Below are positions 16,777 through 26,800 of a stretch of DNA of 61,702 nucleotides, piece by piece. The DNA comes from Candidatus Hydrogenedentes bacterium UBA2224. Its GTDB lineage: Bacteria > Hydrogenedentota > Hydrogenedentia > Hydrogenedentales > SLHB01. The stretch lies in the NCBI GenBank assembly GCA_002348185.1, contig DDYW01000104.1, forward strand, positions 1-61,702, in the 5' to 3' direction. The notes beneath the pieces were generated by a model. That model was not told where the DNA came from. It did no database searches and saw nothing but the letters and a program-made list of their open reading frames with translations. How positions within the stretch are numbered: position 1 is the stretch's first letter; each line of letters opens with the position of its first letter. The position numbers and the translations under genes are program-made.

Positions 16777-18840
16777 TCACCCCCCGGCCCGAATCTGAGG
16801 GGCGCCTTGCAGATCGACCGCGTCGATGGAGACCCGTCCGTTGTCCCAGACCACCATCCCGGTACCCATCGATTTGAGCCTGACGGATCCGCCGGGCACC
16901 TCGAGCTTCAGCCGGGCCGGCGGGCCGTTGTACCCCGCAACCCACAGCCGGGCGCCCGGGTTTCCGTAAAGCCAGGCGGGGTTCTTTCCGCAGGTCAACA
17001 CCGCATCGCCCACAACGACCTTCCCGTCAGCGTTTTGACGCGCCAGGGGCGACTCGAGCATCGGCCAGCCCAGTTCGCCCTCGTGCGTCCAGCGGCGCTG
17101 GAGTTCCCAGGCAAGCAGGTCAATCTCGATGCCCAGCGATTCGCCCTGCCGTGAGTACTCCACGGTCCATGGGCGTTGCGTGGCGTCCCGGTAACCGGTA
17201 ACGGGCGGCGCGGCCTCGTCTCTCAGATGACCGGAAGCGATGGCTTTCACGAACGCCCGCGGGTCGGGATAATCCGAACGGTCCGCCGCCTCCGCATAGA
17301 ACCCGCAGAACGGTTCGCCTCGAAAGAAACGGCTTTGCCGATCGGCGTCCCAGAACGTCTTTTCCGGTCCGAGGTAGTTGTATATTTCAAAAACGAGTTC
17401 ATCCTCCACGGCCGCAAGCCGCATGGGGGCGTCCACGCCCATGTCGCTGCGCGTCAGGGGCCGTACGGCCAGCAGCATGCCGCCCGCCGCAAAGGTCACA
17501 ATCTGGCCGGGCCTGACCTCCGCTGGAAATGTACGGACCCTCTCGTCTCCAATCCACACGCTCTCCACGAAGCGGCGCTGGGTACATACCACGGCGAGTT
17601 TGGCTGAACGGCACGTGAATTGACTGGCGGGCGCGAGACTGGCGGGGTGTTCCAGCACTCGGGGCGCATACAGCACGATGGCACGAGACCCCCATTGCGC
17701 GGCATACGCCTGGCCCGCATCCGCAAGACGCGTGGGCTGGCTTCGGTCCGCGGGCCGATCCGGGTCGCCGAACCACGTGTCGTCGACCAGGTAGCGCGTG
17801 AAGATAACCGCCGGTTTGGCGAACTCCGGCACGGGACAATGAACCACAAACATGTTAGTTTGCCGGCTGATCTCGCGCGTCGCGGTCCCCAGCGCGAACG
17901 AAGGGGTCTGGCACAGCGTGGTTCCGATGCGCCACTCCGCGTGCGCCGTTTCGGTCAACTGTATCGGCAACGCGGTTGCATTCAACGCCGTGCCGAGCCA
18001 GGCCGGCGCCGTGCCCTCCGCCACCCATCGCCGGATGATGTCTCTCTCGGGTTCGTTCGTGCACATCACGTCGTCAAGAAAGCCACGGCTGTATGCTCCA
18101 GCAAGCCGCCCCGTCGAGTTCTGAAGATGGAGTGCGGCGCTCAGGGCCAGCCGCGCGGCCATCGTGCGCGCCCGGATTCGCGTGGCGTCGTCGCTCACCA
18201 GGTCGGCAAGGCGGTCCAGGGCGCCTATCGTGACGCCCATGTAATTCGGACTGTTGAATTCGTACACCGTGCCGTTGGCGGCCGTGATGTCTGCCAGGCG
18301 TTTGAGTTTCTCGTAGCCGCGTTCGCGAATCTCCGGTTCATCCAGGAGTTCCCCCCCGAGACAGGAACTCAGGCAGTCGAGCGAGGCGATGTTGGTATAC
18401 GTGATGGCGACATCCATGCGCCGGATGGCGTCGCAGCCGCGCCGGATGCTCTCCAGTACGCGCTGGCGCATCCCGGGCGAAAGGCGCTCCCCGTGACGGA
18501 TCATCATGGGAACCAGCGCCCGCTGGGTGAATCCGACGGCGTTCAAATCCTGCACGGCGGGCGCTTCTTTGTACCACAGGTAGTTTCCGTGATAAGCATG
18601 CCCGGGCCGGGTCTCCTGACAGGCCAGCACGGCGTCCAGGACCTTCTCCGCGAGGATGAGGTCCTCCGGAGTGCCGTTGCCCACGAGTCTCTCCGCGAAC
18701 GCGGCCGAGTCCAATACGGAATGTTGTGAGCCCGTGCTTCTGGTACGGATCATCATGTTGACGCCGGGGTCGAAATCCGGGGGAATCTCGAGGCTTGCAC
18801 CAAAGGCGGTCGTGGCGAGTATGGCGGCGAAAAGGGCCAT
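16777..18840 (-). CDS. Secreted hypothetical protein, possibly alpha/alpha-toroid plus beta-sandwich (polysaccharide-lyase/heparinase-II/III-like architecture)
   Basis: Track ORF 16777..18933 trimmed to the ATG at 18840, which has AAGGAG 8 nt upstream and the signal peptide MALFAAILATTAFGA. The N-terminal half is helix-rich and the C-terminal half strand-rich. The functional guess is weak. Confidence 0.65.
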   Translation of the reverse strand: MALFAAILATTAFGASLEIPPDFDPGVNMMIRTRSTGSQHSVLDSAAFAERLVGNGTPEDLILAEKVLDAVLACQETRPGHAYHGNYLWYKEAPAVQDLNAVGFTQRALVPMMIRHGERLSPGMRQRVLESIRRGCDAIRRMDVAITYTNIASLDCLSSCLGGELLDEPEIRERGYEKLKRLADITAANGTVYEFNSPNYMGVTIGALDRLADLVSDDATRIRARTMAARLALSAALHLQNSTGRLAGAYSRGFLDDVMCTNEPERDIIRRWVAEGTAPAWLGTALNATALPIQLTETAHAEWRIGTTLCQTPSFALGTATREISRQTNMFVVHCPVPEFAKPAVIFTRYLVDDTWFGDPDRPADRSQPTRLADAGQAYAAQWGSRAIVLYAPRVLEHPASLAPASQFTCRSAKLAVVCTQRRFVESVWIGDERVRTFPAEVRPGQIVTFAAGGMLLAVRPLTRSDMGVDAPMRLAAVEDELVFEIYNYLGPEKTFWDADRQSRFFRGEPFCGFYAEAADRSDYPDPRAFVKAIASGHLRDEAAPPVTGYRDATQRPWTVEYSRQGESLGIEIDLLAWELQRRWTHEGELGWPMLESPLARQNADGKVVVGDAVLTCGKNPAWLYGNPGARLWVAGYNGPPARLKLEVPGGSVRLKSMGTGMVVWDNGRVSIDAVDLQGAPQIRAGG

Positions 18841-19087
18841 GGACAACGCTCCTTGTCGAACTGTAGGGTAGAACACCCGCCGCGCCCGGCCGCCTCTGCA
18901 AGACGGTCTGCAGGCGGCGCTTTTGCCGGTCATGTTCGGGGCATGTGCTCGCCATTCTCACACAATGGCGAGGGGCTTTCCAGTACACGGCCGCGAGCGG
19001 CTTCACACGCGGACAGACAAACCGATTTCGGTCGCGAGTGCTGCTACAATACGTCTAGAAACGAATGGAGTCGAGGGAGGGACACGC

Positions 19088-20536
19088 ATGCCGCTCATCA
19101 CTGCCGCCCTGCTCTTATGTGCTTCCGTTGCCGGCGCGGAACCACTGCAAATCGGAAACCAGAAGCAGTTCTTCATTGACACGCAATTTTTTGCAGAAGT
19201 GAGTAACGTAGCGCTCCGCGTCTGTACCGCGGAGAAGACCGGCGAACAGACGCTGACGCCGGACCGACCGTGGGAAAGCGCCTCGCTCAACTGGTTCAGC
19301 GTGCTCGAGGATGCGGGAAAGTACCGCATGTGGTACGAGGCCTACGACGTCGAGGGTTGGCCCACCAGCGATGACACCTCGTTCTGCTACGCGGAATCGC
19401 CCGATGGCGTGCATTGGCAGAAACCGTCCCTGGGTCTGGTCACGTACCATGACGCCGAACAGACGAACATTCTCTTCCGCATGATCGGGCCCGCCGGTGC
19501 TCATTCCCGCGTTCACGGGGCCGGTGTCTTCCTGGACCGCAATGCGCCGGAACTCGAGCGGTACAAGGCCGTCTCCCAGGGCATTTTTGCCTGGTTGGGC
19601 GACCCGCCACACCGGGTCGCCGGAATGTTCAGTGCCGACGGCCTGCGCTGGACGCGGTATCCCGAACCCATCTGCGACATCTTCGCGGACAGTCAATACT
19701 CGGCGTTCCGGGACGCGCGTACCGGCCAGTATGTCCTTCTGGGACGCGTTGGGGGGCGCGGAAGGGCTATTGGGAGAGGCGAGAGCGCCAGTTTCTCCCG
19801 CTTCGAGCCGCTCACCCTCGTGCTCGAATCCCACGAACGCGACATGCCGCAGTGCGACATCTACAACCCGGCTGCGATGCAGTATCCCTATGCGGAGAGC
19901 GTCTATTTCATGTTTCCCAGCGTCTATCGCCACGATACGGACACGCTGGACATCGCGCTCGCGGCCAGTCGCGATGGCGTTCGCTGGACCTGGCCCGAAC
20001 CCGCTGCGCGCTTTGTCCCCCTCGGCGCTCCGGGCGATTTTGACAGCGGTTCGTTGTATATGGGTCAGGGGATTCTCCGGAAAGACAACGAGCTTTGGCT
20101 GTATTACAGCGGCAGCCCGCTCAAACACAACGAAGCGGAGCTTCCCAACCTCACCACACCCGGTAACCAGCGCATTTACAGCCGGGTCACGGTGCCGCTG
20201 GACCGCTTTGTGGCCGCTGCCGCCGGACCCGAGGGCGGCAGCTTCGTCACGCCGTTTCTCTTGTTCGAAGGGGATAGCCTGGTGCTCAATGTGCAGGTGC
20301 TCGAGGGGGGCTGGGTGCGCGCCGGTTTGCTGGATGACCAGGACCAGCCGGTGCCAGGGCGGTCCGTGGAGGATTGTCTGCCCGTTGCGGGCGACCACAC
20401 TGCGGTCACGGTCGCCTGGAAAGACGGTTCCCGTGTGTCGTCGCGCGCGTCGGTCCCAACCCGGCTTTCGTTTCAACTCCAGAACGCGCGGCTTTACACG
20501 TTTCAGTTCGTGCGGTCCGGCAGGGAATCCCGCTGA
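19088..20536 (+). CDS. Secreted five-bladed beta-propeller glycosidase-like protein with C-terminal beta-sandwich (GH32/43/68/130-like architecture)
   Basis: Track ORF 18923..20536 trimmed to the ATG at 19088 (GAGGGAGGGA upstream, signal peptide MPLITAALLLCASVAGA). Blade-like motifs are YRMWYEAY, FCYAESPDGVHWQKP, MFSADGLRWTR, LAASRDGVRWTWP and ELWLYYSG. The C-terminus (LVLNVQV...VRAGLLD...RLSFQLQNARLYTFQF) is like the beta-sandwich tail of GH32/43 enzymes. Confidence 0.65.
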   Translation: MPLITAALLLCASVAGAEPLQIGNQKQFFIDTQFFAEVSNVALRVCTAEKTGEQTLTPDRPWESASLNWFSVLEDAGKYRMWYEAYDVEGWPTSDDTSFCYAESPDGVHWQKPSLGLVTYHDAEQTNILFRMIGPAGAHSRVHGAGVFLDRNAPELERYKAVSQGIFAWLGDPPHRVAGMFSADGLRWTRYPEPICDIFADSQYSAFRDARTGQYVLLGRVGGRGRAIGRGESASFSRFEPLTLVLESHERDMPQCDIYNPAAMQYPYAESVYFMFPSVYRHDTDTLDIALAASRDGVRWTWPEPAARFVPLGAPGDFDSGSLYMGQGILRKDNELWLYYSGSPLKHNEAELPNLTTPGNQRIYSRVTVPLDRFVAAAAGPEGGSFVTPFLLFEGDSLVLNVQVLEGGWVRAGLLDDQDQPVPGRSVEDCLPVAGDHTAVTVAWKDGSRVSSRASVPTRLSFQLQNARLYTFQFVRSGRESR

Positions 20537-20565
20537 GGTCGTGTCGACAGCGGTGCTCGGGTTGC

Positions 20566-21198
20566 TCAAATCCAGTTCAACAGGCCCGCAAACAGTGCCA
20601 GGCACACGAAGTCGAACACATAGATGGCCGAAACCACGCCGATCTTGTGCTTGAGGTTGTTCATGTCGTAGACCCGGAAGGCAACAAGGAAGAACGGGAG
20701 GTAACCCAGCAGGAAGATCAGCCACGGCGCGCCGCGATTCCACCACGCGTAATCCCACGTGAGCGCTCCCGCGGAATTCAACAGGTATTCCACGAACACG
20801 CAAAACGCCGAGCCGGTAAACGCAAAAAAGAGGCGGTTGGGCAGACCGAGGATTTTCAGGTCTTTGGCAGCGGGGAGCAGTTTGGTGAAGATTACGCCGG
20901 CAATGGCGAACATGAAACAGATCTCGATGTTCAGGCCGATCAAGATTAGATACGCGGTCTTTCCGGGGGCCGCCCAGACCGGGGCGTGCTGCGTAAAATG
21001 AAGAACCAGTGCATTCCAGGTCTCGTTAAACCAGTCCATCCCCCAGAAGGCCAGACCCGCCAGTACCAGGTCCCAGTTGCGCCGTTCAATCTCGACCGCA
21101 TACACGTACACGACAAGCGCCAGGAGGGGGATCACATACCACTGAAACTGGCTGCTGTCGCGTAGAAGGCGTTGGGCTTCCAGGGCCGATGGGGTCAT
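20566..21198 (-). CDS. Integral membrane protein of unknown function (about 6 TM)
   Basis: 210-aa ORF with AAGGAGA 6 nt upstream of the ATG at 21198 and consecutive hydrophobic helices. I do not recognise a family. Confidence 0.7.
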   Translation of the reverse strand: MTPSALEAQRLLRDSSQFQWYVIPLLALVVYVYAVEIERRNWDLVLAGLAFWGMDWFNETWNALVLHFTQHAPVWAAPGKTAYLILIGLNIEICFMFAIAGVIFTKLLPAAKDLKILGLPNRLFFAFTGSAFCVFVEYLLNSAGALTWDYAWWNRGAPWLIFLLGYLPFFLVAFRVYDMNNLKHKIGVVSAIYVFDFVCLALFAGLLNWI

Positions 21199-21241
21199 GC
21201 CATCTCTCCTTACGTTGAGTTGCCGCCAATACTATCCGGTT

Positions 21242-22528
21242 CTAGACGATTTCAATATCCACGGCGCCGACCCAGTGCGCCGCATGGTTCTTCCACGGTT
21301 GCGGCGGTGTACAGTCGAATACTGCCAGGAATTTCCTCGGAGCCGTCGCGATAATGTCCGTGTATCCCGTGGTGAAGAATGGCGCGAAAAGGATCTCGCT
21401 GGTCCAGGTTTCCCCCGCATCGGTGCTGAACGTGACGCAGTTTCCCCAGCGCGGGTACGCGAGGCCGCCATAGGTGAGCGCAAGTATACCGTCCCCGAGG
21501 GCCATGCGCGGGAAGCACCCCCGCGCCTGCTGCATGGGCCTGGCGCGAGTCCAGGACTTTCCGGCATCGCTCGAGAACGAGAGGATCAGCGGAGCGCTGG
21601 GTGGCCCGGGCTCGTAATAGGCGTCGGCAGGAAGCGTGCCCGGATGAATCCCCGTGCCCGGGATCGCGTACGACAGGTCGTGGTACCGATCCTTCGGCGC
21701 GGCCATCAGCGGTTTGTGGTCGTCGTTGACCAGCCGCGCCACGCAGACCAGCCGTCCGCCGCCCACATGCGCCACATTGGGTTCGCAGGGGCCCCAGAGC
21801 GTCCAGCCCCGTTTCGTTGCATCTTCCGGATCATCCAGGGTGTCCAGGGATGCGATGTGGCTCAAGAAACGCCAGGTCTTGCCCCGGTCGGGCGATTCCG
21901 CCAGGAAGGTGCGGAAGAGCCACGGCTCGTGGGTCCCCTGCATCGCCGCGAGCATCCGCCCGTCCGGAAGCTCAATGAGGTTGCCGTGAAACCACTGTTT
22001 CTCTTCCGCCTTAAACTGGTCTTCGGGCAGCCACAGGGTGCCGTCCTCAAGGGGGCCGCGAAGGCTGCGCCATTCGTCGTCGGATTCCCAGCGCCGGGTC
22101 GAGCGCAGACCGTGCGAGTCCGGAATGGGCCTGGTCTCGTAATGAATCGACACCGCGCACCCTGAGCGGGGATGGAACGTGTTCAGGCCCATGCCGTCCA
22201 CGCCCGCGGTATGGGGCCGCCACGACCATCCGTTGTCCTCAGACCGGATGGCGGTCAGGGGGCCGCCCTCTTCAACCGCCTGCGCGAAGAGGATGATCGA
22301 GCCGTCGCGAAACCGTGCGAGGTTCGGGAACATCGGACCGCGCATCACGACACGCGGGCTGCCAATTCGGATCTCCAGGCGGCCCCGGCGTTCCTGGCGG
22401 GCCGCATAGGGCGATGGAAAGGCATCCGGTGCGGTCTCGCCGGCCGGCGCCGCTCCTTCCTGCGCCTGGACCCAGTGGCCCGCTGCTAACCCGCCCGCCG
22501 TCACGCCCAGAAATCGGCGCCGATCCAT
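21242..22528 (-). CDS. Tat-signal BNR/Asp-box beta-propeller (sialidase/exo-alpha-sialidase-like)
   Basis: Trimmed to the ATG at 22528 (GGAGGAA 6 nt upstream), giving the twin-arginine signal MDRRRFLGVTAGGLAAG. Four Asp-boxes are present: SEDNGWSW, SPDRGKTW, SSDAGKSW and STDAGETW. Confidence 0.8.
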   Translation of the reverse strand: MDRRRFLGVTAGGLAAGHWVQAQEGAAPAGETAPDAFPSPYAARQERRGRLEIRIGSPRVVMRGPMFPNLARFRDGSIILFAQAVEEGGPLTAIRSEDNGWSWRPHTAGVDGMGLNTFHPRSGCAVSIHYETRPIPDSHGLRSTRRWESDDEWRSLRGPLEDGTLWLPEDQFKAEEKQWFHGNLIELPDGRMLAAMQGTHEPWLFRTFLAESPDRGKTWRFLSHIASLDTLDDPEDATKRGWTLWGPCEPNVAHVGGGRLVCVARLVNDDHKPLMAAPKDRYHDLSYAIPGTGIHPGTLPADAYYEPGPPSAPLILSFSSDAGKSWTRARPMQQARGCFPRMALGDGILALTYGGLAYPRWGNCVTFSTDAGETWTSEILFAPFFTTGYTDIIATAPRKFLAVFDCTPPQPWKNHAAHWVGAVDIEIV

Positions 22529-22673
22529 GTCCAGATTCCTCCGGTTCGTAGATTGCACGATGAGTTGAGGCAACGCAGGGGGCGAGTATACCATGAGGGA
22601 TGAGGGCGACGGAGAACTCCGAACGCGCGGTGTGCAGCAGGTCTGCCGAACGCCTCAACAGGGGAGGATTCCC

Positions 22674-23768
22674 ATGCGGTTGTTGTACGGATTGATGGGT
22701 CTGAGCGTTGTTTTGCTGTCTGTATCCGGTCCGGTCGCCGCCGCGGAACTCTGGTTGCATCCCCAGTGCCGCCAACTGCCCACCGACACCCTGGGCCCGT
22801 TCGTCACCCTCGGCGACGGACGCATTCTTGCCGTGCACGACACCCAGGCGTTGATCAGCGCCGATGAAGGCGTCACGTGGCAATCCTCTCCCATATTTAA
22901 GGAAGGAGAGAACGTCTCCATCAGCACGGAGCGCGCACTGTGCCGGACCCGAAACGGTGTGATCATCGTTGCATTCATGAACATGCGGGAGGAGGACTGG
23001 CGCTGGAACAGCCAGACCCACGACGCCGACCCCGGTACGCGTCTGCCCAACTGCGTGATCCGAAGCCTGGACGACGGAAAGACCTGGCAGGATTTTCAGA
23101 AACTCCACGATGACTGGACCGGCGCGGTCCGCAATATGATTCAGACGCGCGACGGACGCGTCGTTTTCACCTCCATGCGTCTCTTGAACCGCCCGGGCCG
23201 CCACTCCGTGCTGACGTACTCCTCGACCGACGATGGGCTCACCTGGAAACCCAGCAACATCCTTGATCTCGGCGGCAACGGCCACCACGACGGCGCCACG
23301 GAGGCTACGGTCGAGGAGCTGCGCGACGGCCGTCTCTGGAAACTCATCCGCACCAACCTCGGCGTCTTCTGGCAGGCGTATTCCGAAGACGGCATCTACT
23401 GGAGAACCATGGGGCCCACGACCATCCCGGCCAGCAGCGCTCCGGGCCTGCTCAAACGTCTGGCGAGCGGACGCCTCATGCTGGTTTGGAACCGGCCGTT
23501 TCCCGAGGGGCAGACCGAATATCCCCTCAGCGGCGGCGATTGCGAGTGGTCGGAAGTCCCGGTAAGCAACCATCGCGGCGAAGTCTCCGTGGCGTTTTCC
23601 GAAGACGACGGAAAGACCTGGACCGCGCCCGTGGTGGTTGCCCGGCAGCCGGGCGCCTCGCTCGCGTATCCGTACGTCTACGAACGGACGCCCGGCGTGC
23701 TCTGGCTCACCACCATGCAAGGCGGCATCCGCGTGGCAATCAACGAGGCCGACCTGTTTGCACAATGA
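22674..23768 (+). CDS. Sec-signal BNR/Asp-box beta-propeller (sialidase-like)
   Basis: Trimmed to the ATG at 22674 (GGGGAGGA upstream), giving signal peptide MRLLYGLMGLSVVLLSVSGPVAA. Asp-boxes are SADEGVTW, SLDDGKTW, STDDGLTW, SEDGIYW and SEDDGKTW. Confidence 0.8.
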   Translation: MRLLYGLMGLSVVLLSVSGPVAAAELWLHPQCRQLPTDTLGPFVTLGDGRILAVHDTQALISADEGVTWQSSPIFKEGENVSISTERALCRTRNGVIIVAFMNMREEDWRWNSQTHDADPGTRLPNCVIRSLDDGKTWQDFQKLHDDWTGAVRNMIQTRDGRVVFTSMRLLNRPGRHSVLTYSSTDDGLTWKPSNILDLGGNGHHDGATEATVEELRDGRLWKLIRTNLGVFWQAYSEDGIYWRTMGPTTIPASSAPGLLKRLASGRLMLVWNRPFPEGQTEYPLSGGDCEWSEVPVSNHRGEVSVAFSEDDGKTWTAPVVVARQPGASLAYPYVYERTPGVLWLTTMQGGIRVAINEADLFAQ

Positions 23769-23866
23769 AACGTGCGCCTGGGGAGCTCGATGTTACATAA
23801 TGACGCGGCCTCTGGCATGCGCCACAACGAACAGCCGTCAACACGCAACCCGTTCGCTCAGGAGCA

Positions 23867-26800
23867 ATGACCGTGAAAAACATTCCGTTCCTCTCGATAG
23901 GCGTGTACACCGTGCTCGCGGCGCTCACTCCAGCGCATGCACAGGAAGCTCCGGCCGTTCCGGCGGCCATGAAGCCCCTGATGGATCGCATGGTCCACCA
24001 CACGCAGGGCTGGGGCGTGCTCGGCGTCGGGACCGCTGCCCATGCACCCGGCATTCAGCCCGAACCGTTGAAAATCGGAGACCAGACCTACACGCACGGG
24101 CTGGGCTCGCACGCCCCCTCCGAAATCGTCTTTCTGCTGGACGGGCAATTCCTCACGTTTGAGGTGGAATGCGGCGTCCATCTCCAGCAATACGATGCCG
24201 GCACAATCGTTTTCAAGATCTTTGTCGACGAGCAGGAGGTCTTTGACAGCGGTGTGATGCGGCAGACGAATCCCGCCCGGAAAGCCAGCGTATCCGTTAA
24301 AGACGCCTCGGAATTGCGCCTGGTCGCCGAGAACGCGGACGACGGCATCACCTGCGACATGGCCAACTGGGTCAACCCGGTATTGACCCCGAACCCCGAG
24401 GCGAGCCAGCAGGCGAAGACGCTCGCCGTCGACGTGGCGCCGTTCGCGTGCGTCGCGGCCTGGGACCCGGCCCGCGTCGAAGGAACCCAGGCCAATCGCC
24501 TGGAGCCCATTCCCGAAGACGACCTTTTCATGCGAACCGAACTCGTTCCCAACGCGGACGGCCTCTACGCAGCGACGGTGTACGGCGATGGGCGGGCCTG
24601 CATCGGTCTCGAATGGCTGGAACGCCGCCGTATCACCCGTCTCGAACTGGAATTCGCCGGCGCGCCCGCGGCGCTCGAAGGGGCGGCGCTCGAGTACTGG
24701 TCGATGACTCAACATGGCGGCTCGCCCGGCGGTTCGCGGTGGCAGGGGCAATGGAAACCGCTCGCAGGCGCGCAGAATCTCGAAGGCGCCCTGTGGACCG
24801 CCGAGCCGGACTGGAGCGGCCTCCCCGAGGCTTGGACAGGCACGCTCAAAGTGCGTTGGATACTCCCCGCGGCCGCCGCGCCGTTCCGGGTCAAGGCCCT
24901 CCATGCGTATCCCGCGTCGCGCTGGCTCGAAAACGACCTGCTTGTCGTGTCCCAAGTCGCGCCAGGAGAGACCGGCAGCCTCGAAATGTACAACGGGGAA
25001 CTTGTCGGACACGACGATCGCCACGGCATCGCATTCTCGTCTGGCGAACCGCTGCGCGTGACCGTCCGGTATTCCTCCGGGCGGCGCTGGGAACTGGCCG
25101 ATCGTACCGTGATGCGTTTCACGCTTCCTGGCGGAGCGTTCGGTGTTGCAGTCACGGACGTGCTCGACAAGGGCGCCGTGTACGTCGAACACGCCAACGT
25201 GCTCATCTGCGATGCTGCCCGGCCCCAGACCATCGACGAATACCGGGCGTTGATCGCGGACAAACAGACCCTTCTCGAACAGGTCCGGCAGAGGCCCGAC
25301 CAGACGGTCGCGCAGGCCATGCGTCACGTCCACCGGCTCGACGGCGACCTCGGTCCCACGATGCTCTCGCTGGCGTGCGATAACCGCAAGTTCATCGTTG
25401 CGCGGGAAGGCGCCATCCAGTTTGACGACCGTCCCGAGGTCTACAACTACATCGAGCACATGTACAACAAGCCCTATGCCTGCGGCATGACGCCTTCGTT
25501 CGGCTCCGGCGCCGCCCGGAGCGTAAGCCGCCGGAACGAGCGCGACTGGGCGCCCATGCCCGTGCTCACCGTGACCGAGGGCGCGCTTGTCTATGGCCAA
25601 CGCACCTTTGTCGCACCGTTCGGCAAGAGTGACGCGCCGGCCGAGGCGCCGTGGTATCTCCAGTACCGTCCCCTGGGCGTTGTCGAGTTCGGCGTGACCA
25701 ATCACGATGACGAAGCGGCCGAGGCTGCGTTCGCGCTGCAATTCACGGCCGACGCCGAATCGTCTACGCTGGCCGGAGTGCGAATCGAGAACGGCGTTGC
25801 GCTGGTCGAGAAGAATGACGCGCTTCTGGCTCTCGTGCGTTTTGACGACGCGGAAGGACTGGAGGTCCAGGCCGAAAACGGCGTGCTGCGGGTGACCGGC
25901 CCCGTGCCCGGAAAACAGCTGCGCGGGTTCACGGCATATCTGCCGCGCTGGGAAGGCGCGCTGCCCGCCGACCTGGACAACAGTCCCGCGCCGGACCTGC
26001 TGAGGGAACAGACGCTGGCCTACTGGGACCGCGTCGTCGACGAAGCCTCGCCGGTGGACGTCCCGGATGTCCTCTTCGATAAGCTGATTCCCGCGTCGCA
26101 GATTCACTGCCTGCTTGCCGCGCGCAACGAGAATCTCGTGCGGATTGCCCCGTGGGTCTCGTCCTGGTATTACGGTCCGCTGGAGAGCGAAGGCCATTCC
26201 GTGGTTCGCGGCATGATGGCCGCGGGGTATCTCGATTTCGCGCGCCGGGCCCTCGAATACTATATCGAGCGCTACAACGAAGACGGGTTCCTGACCACGG
26301 GCTACACGGTCATGGGCACCGGCTGGCACCTCTGGACGCTCGGCGAGTACTACCGTCTGGCACACGACCCCGAATGGATGCGGGCCCAGGCCCCGAAAGT
26401 CGAGAAGGTCTGCCGCTGGATCATGAGCGAGCGCCGCAAGACCATGCACACCGGCGCCCGGGGCGCCAGAGTGCCCGAATACGGCCTGATGCCGCCCGGC
26501 GTGGGCGCCGATTGGGAGGTCTACGCCTATTACTTCTATCTGAACGGCTATTACTGCGCCGGTCTTCGGGCGGCGGGCGAGGCCATGGCCGACGCCGGAT
26601 GGCCCGGCGCCCAGGAGATCGTGGACGATGCCCGGGCGTACGAAGAGGACATCCGGCGCGCCTACGCGTGGATCCAGGCCCAGGCCCCGGTGTTTCCGCT
26701 GCGCGACGGCACGTGGGTCCCGGAGTATCCCACGCACGTGTATAGCCCGTGTCCCATCGAAAACCTGTATGTCGGCGAAGACTTTGGCCGAAGCTGGTGC

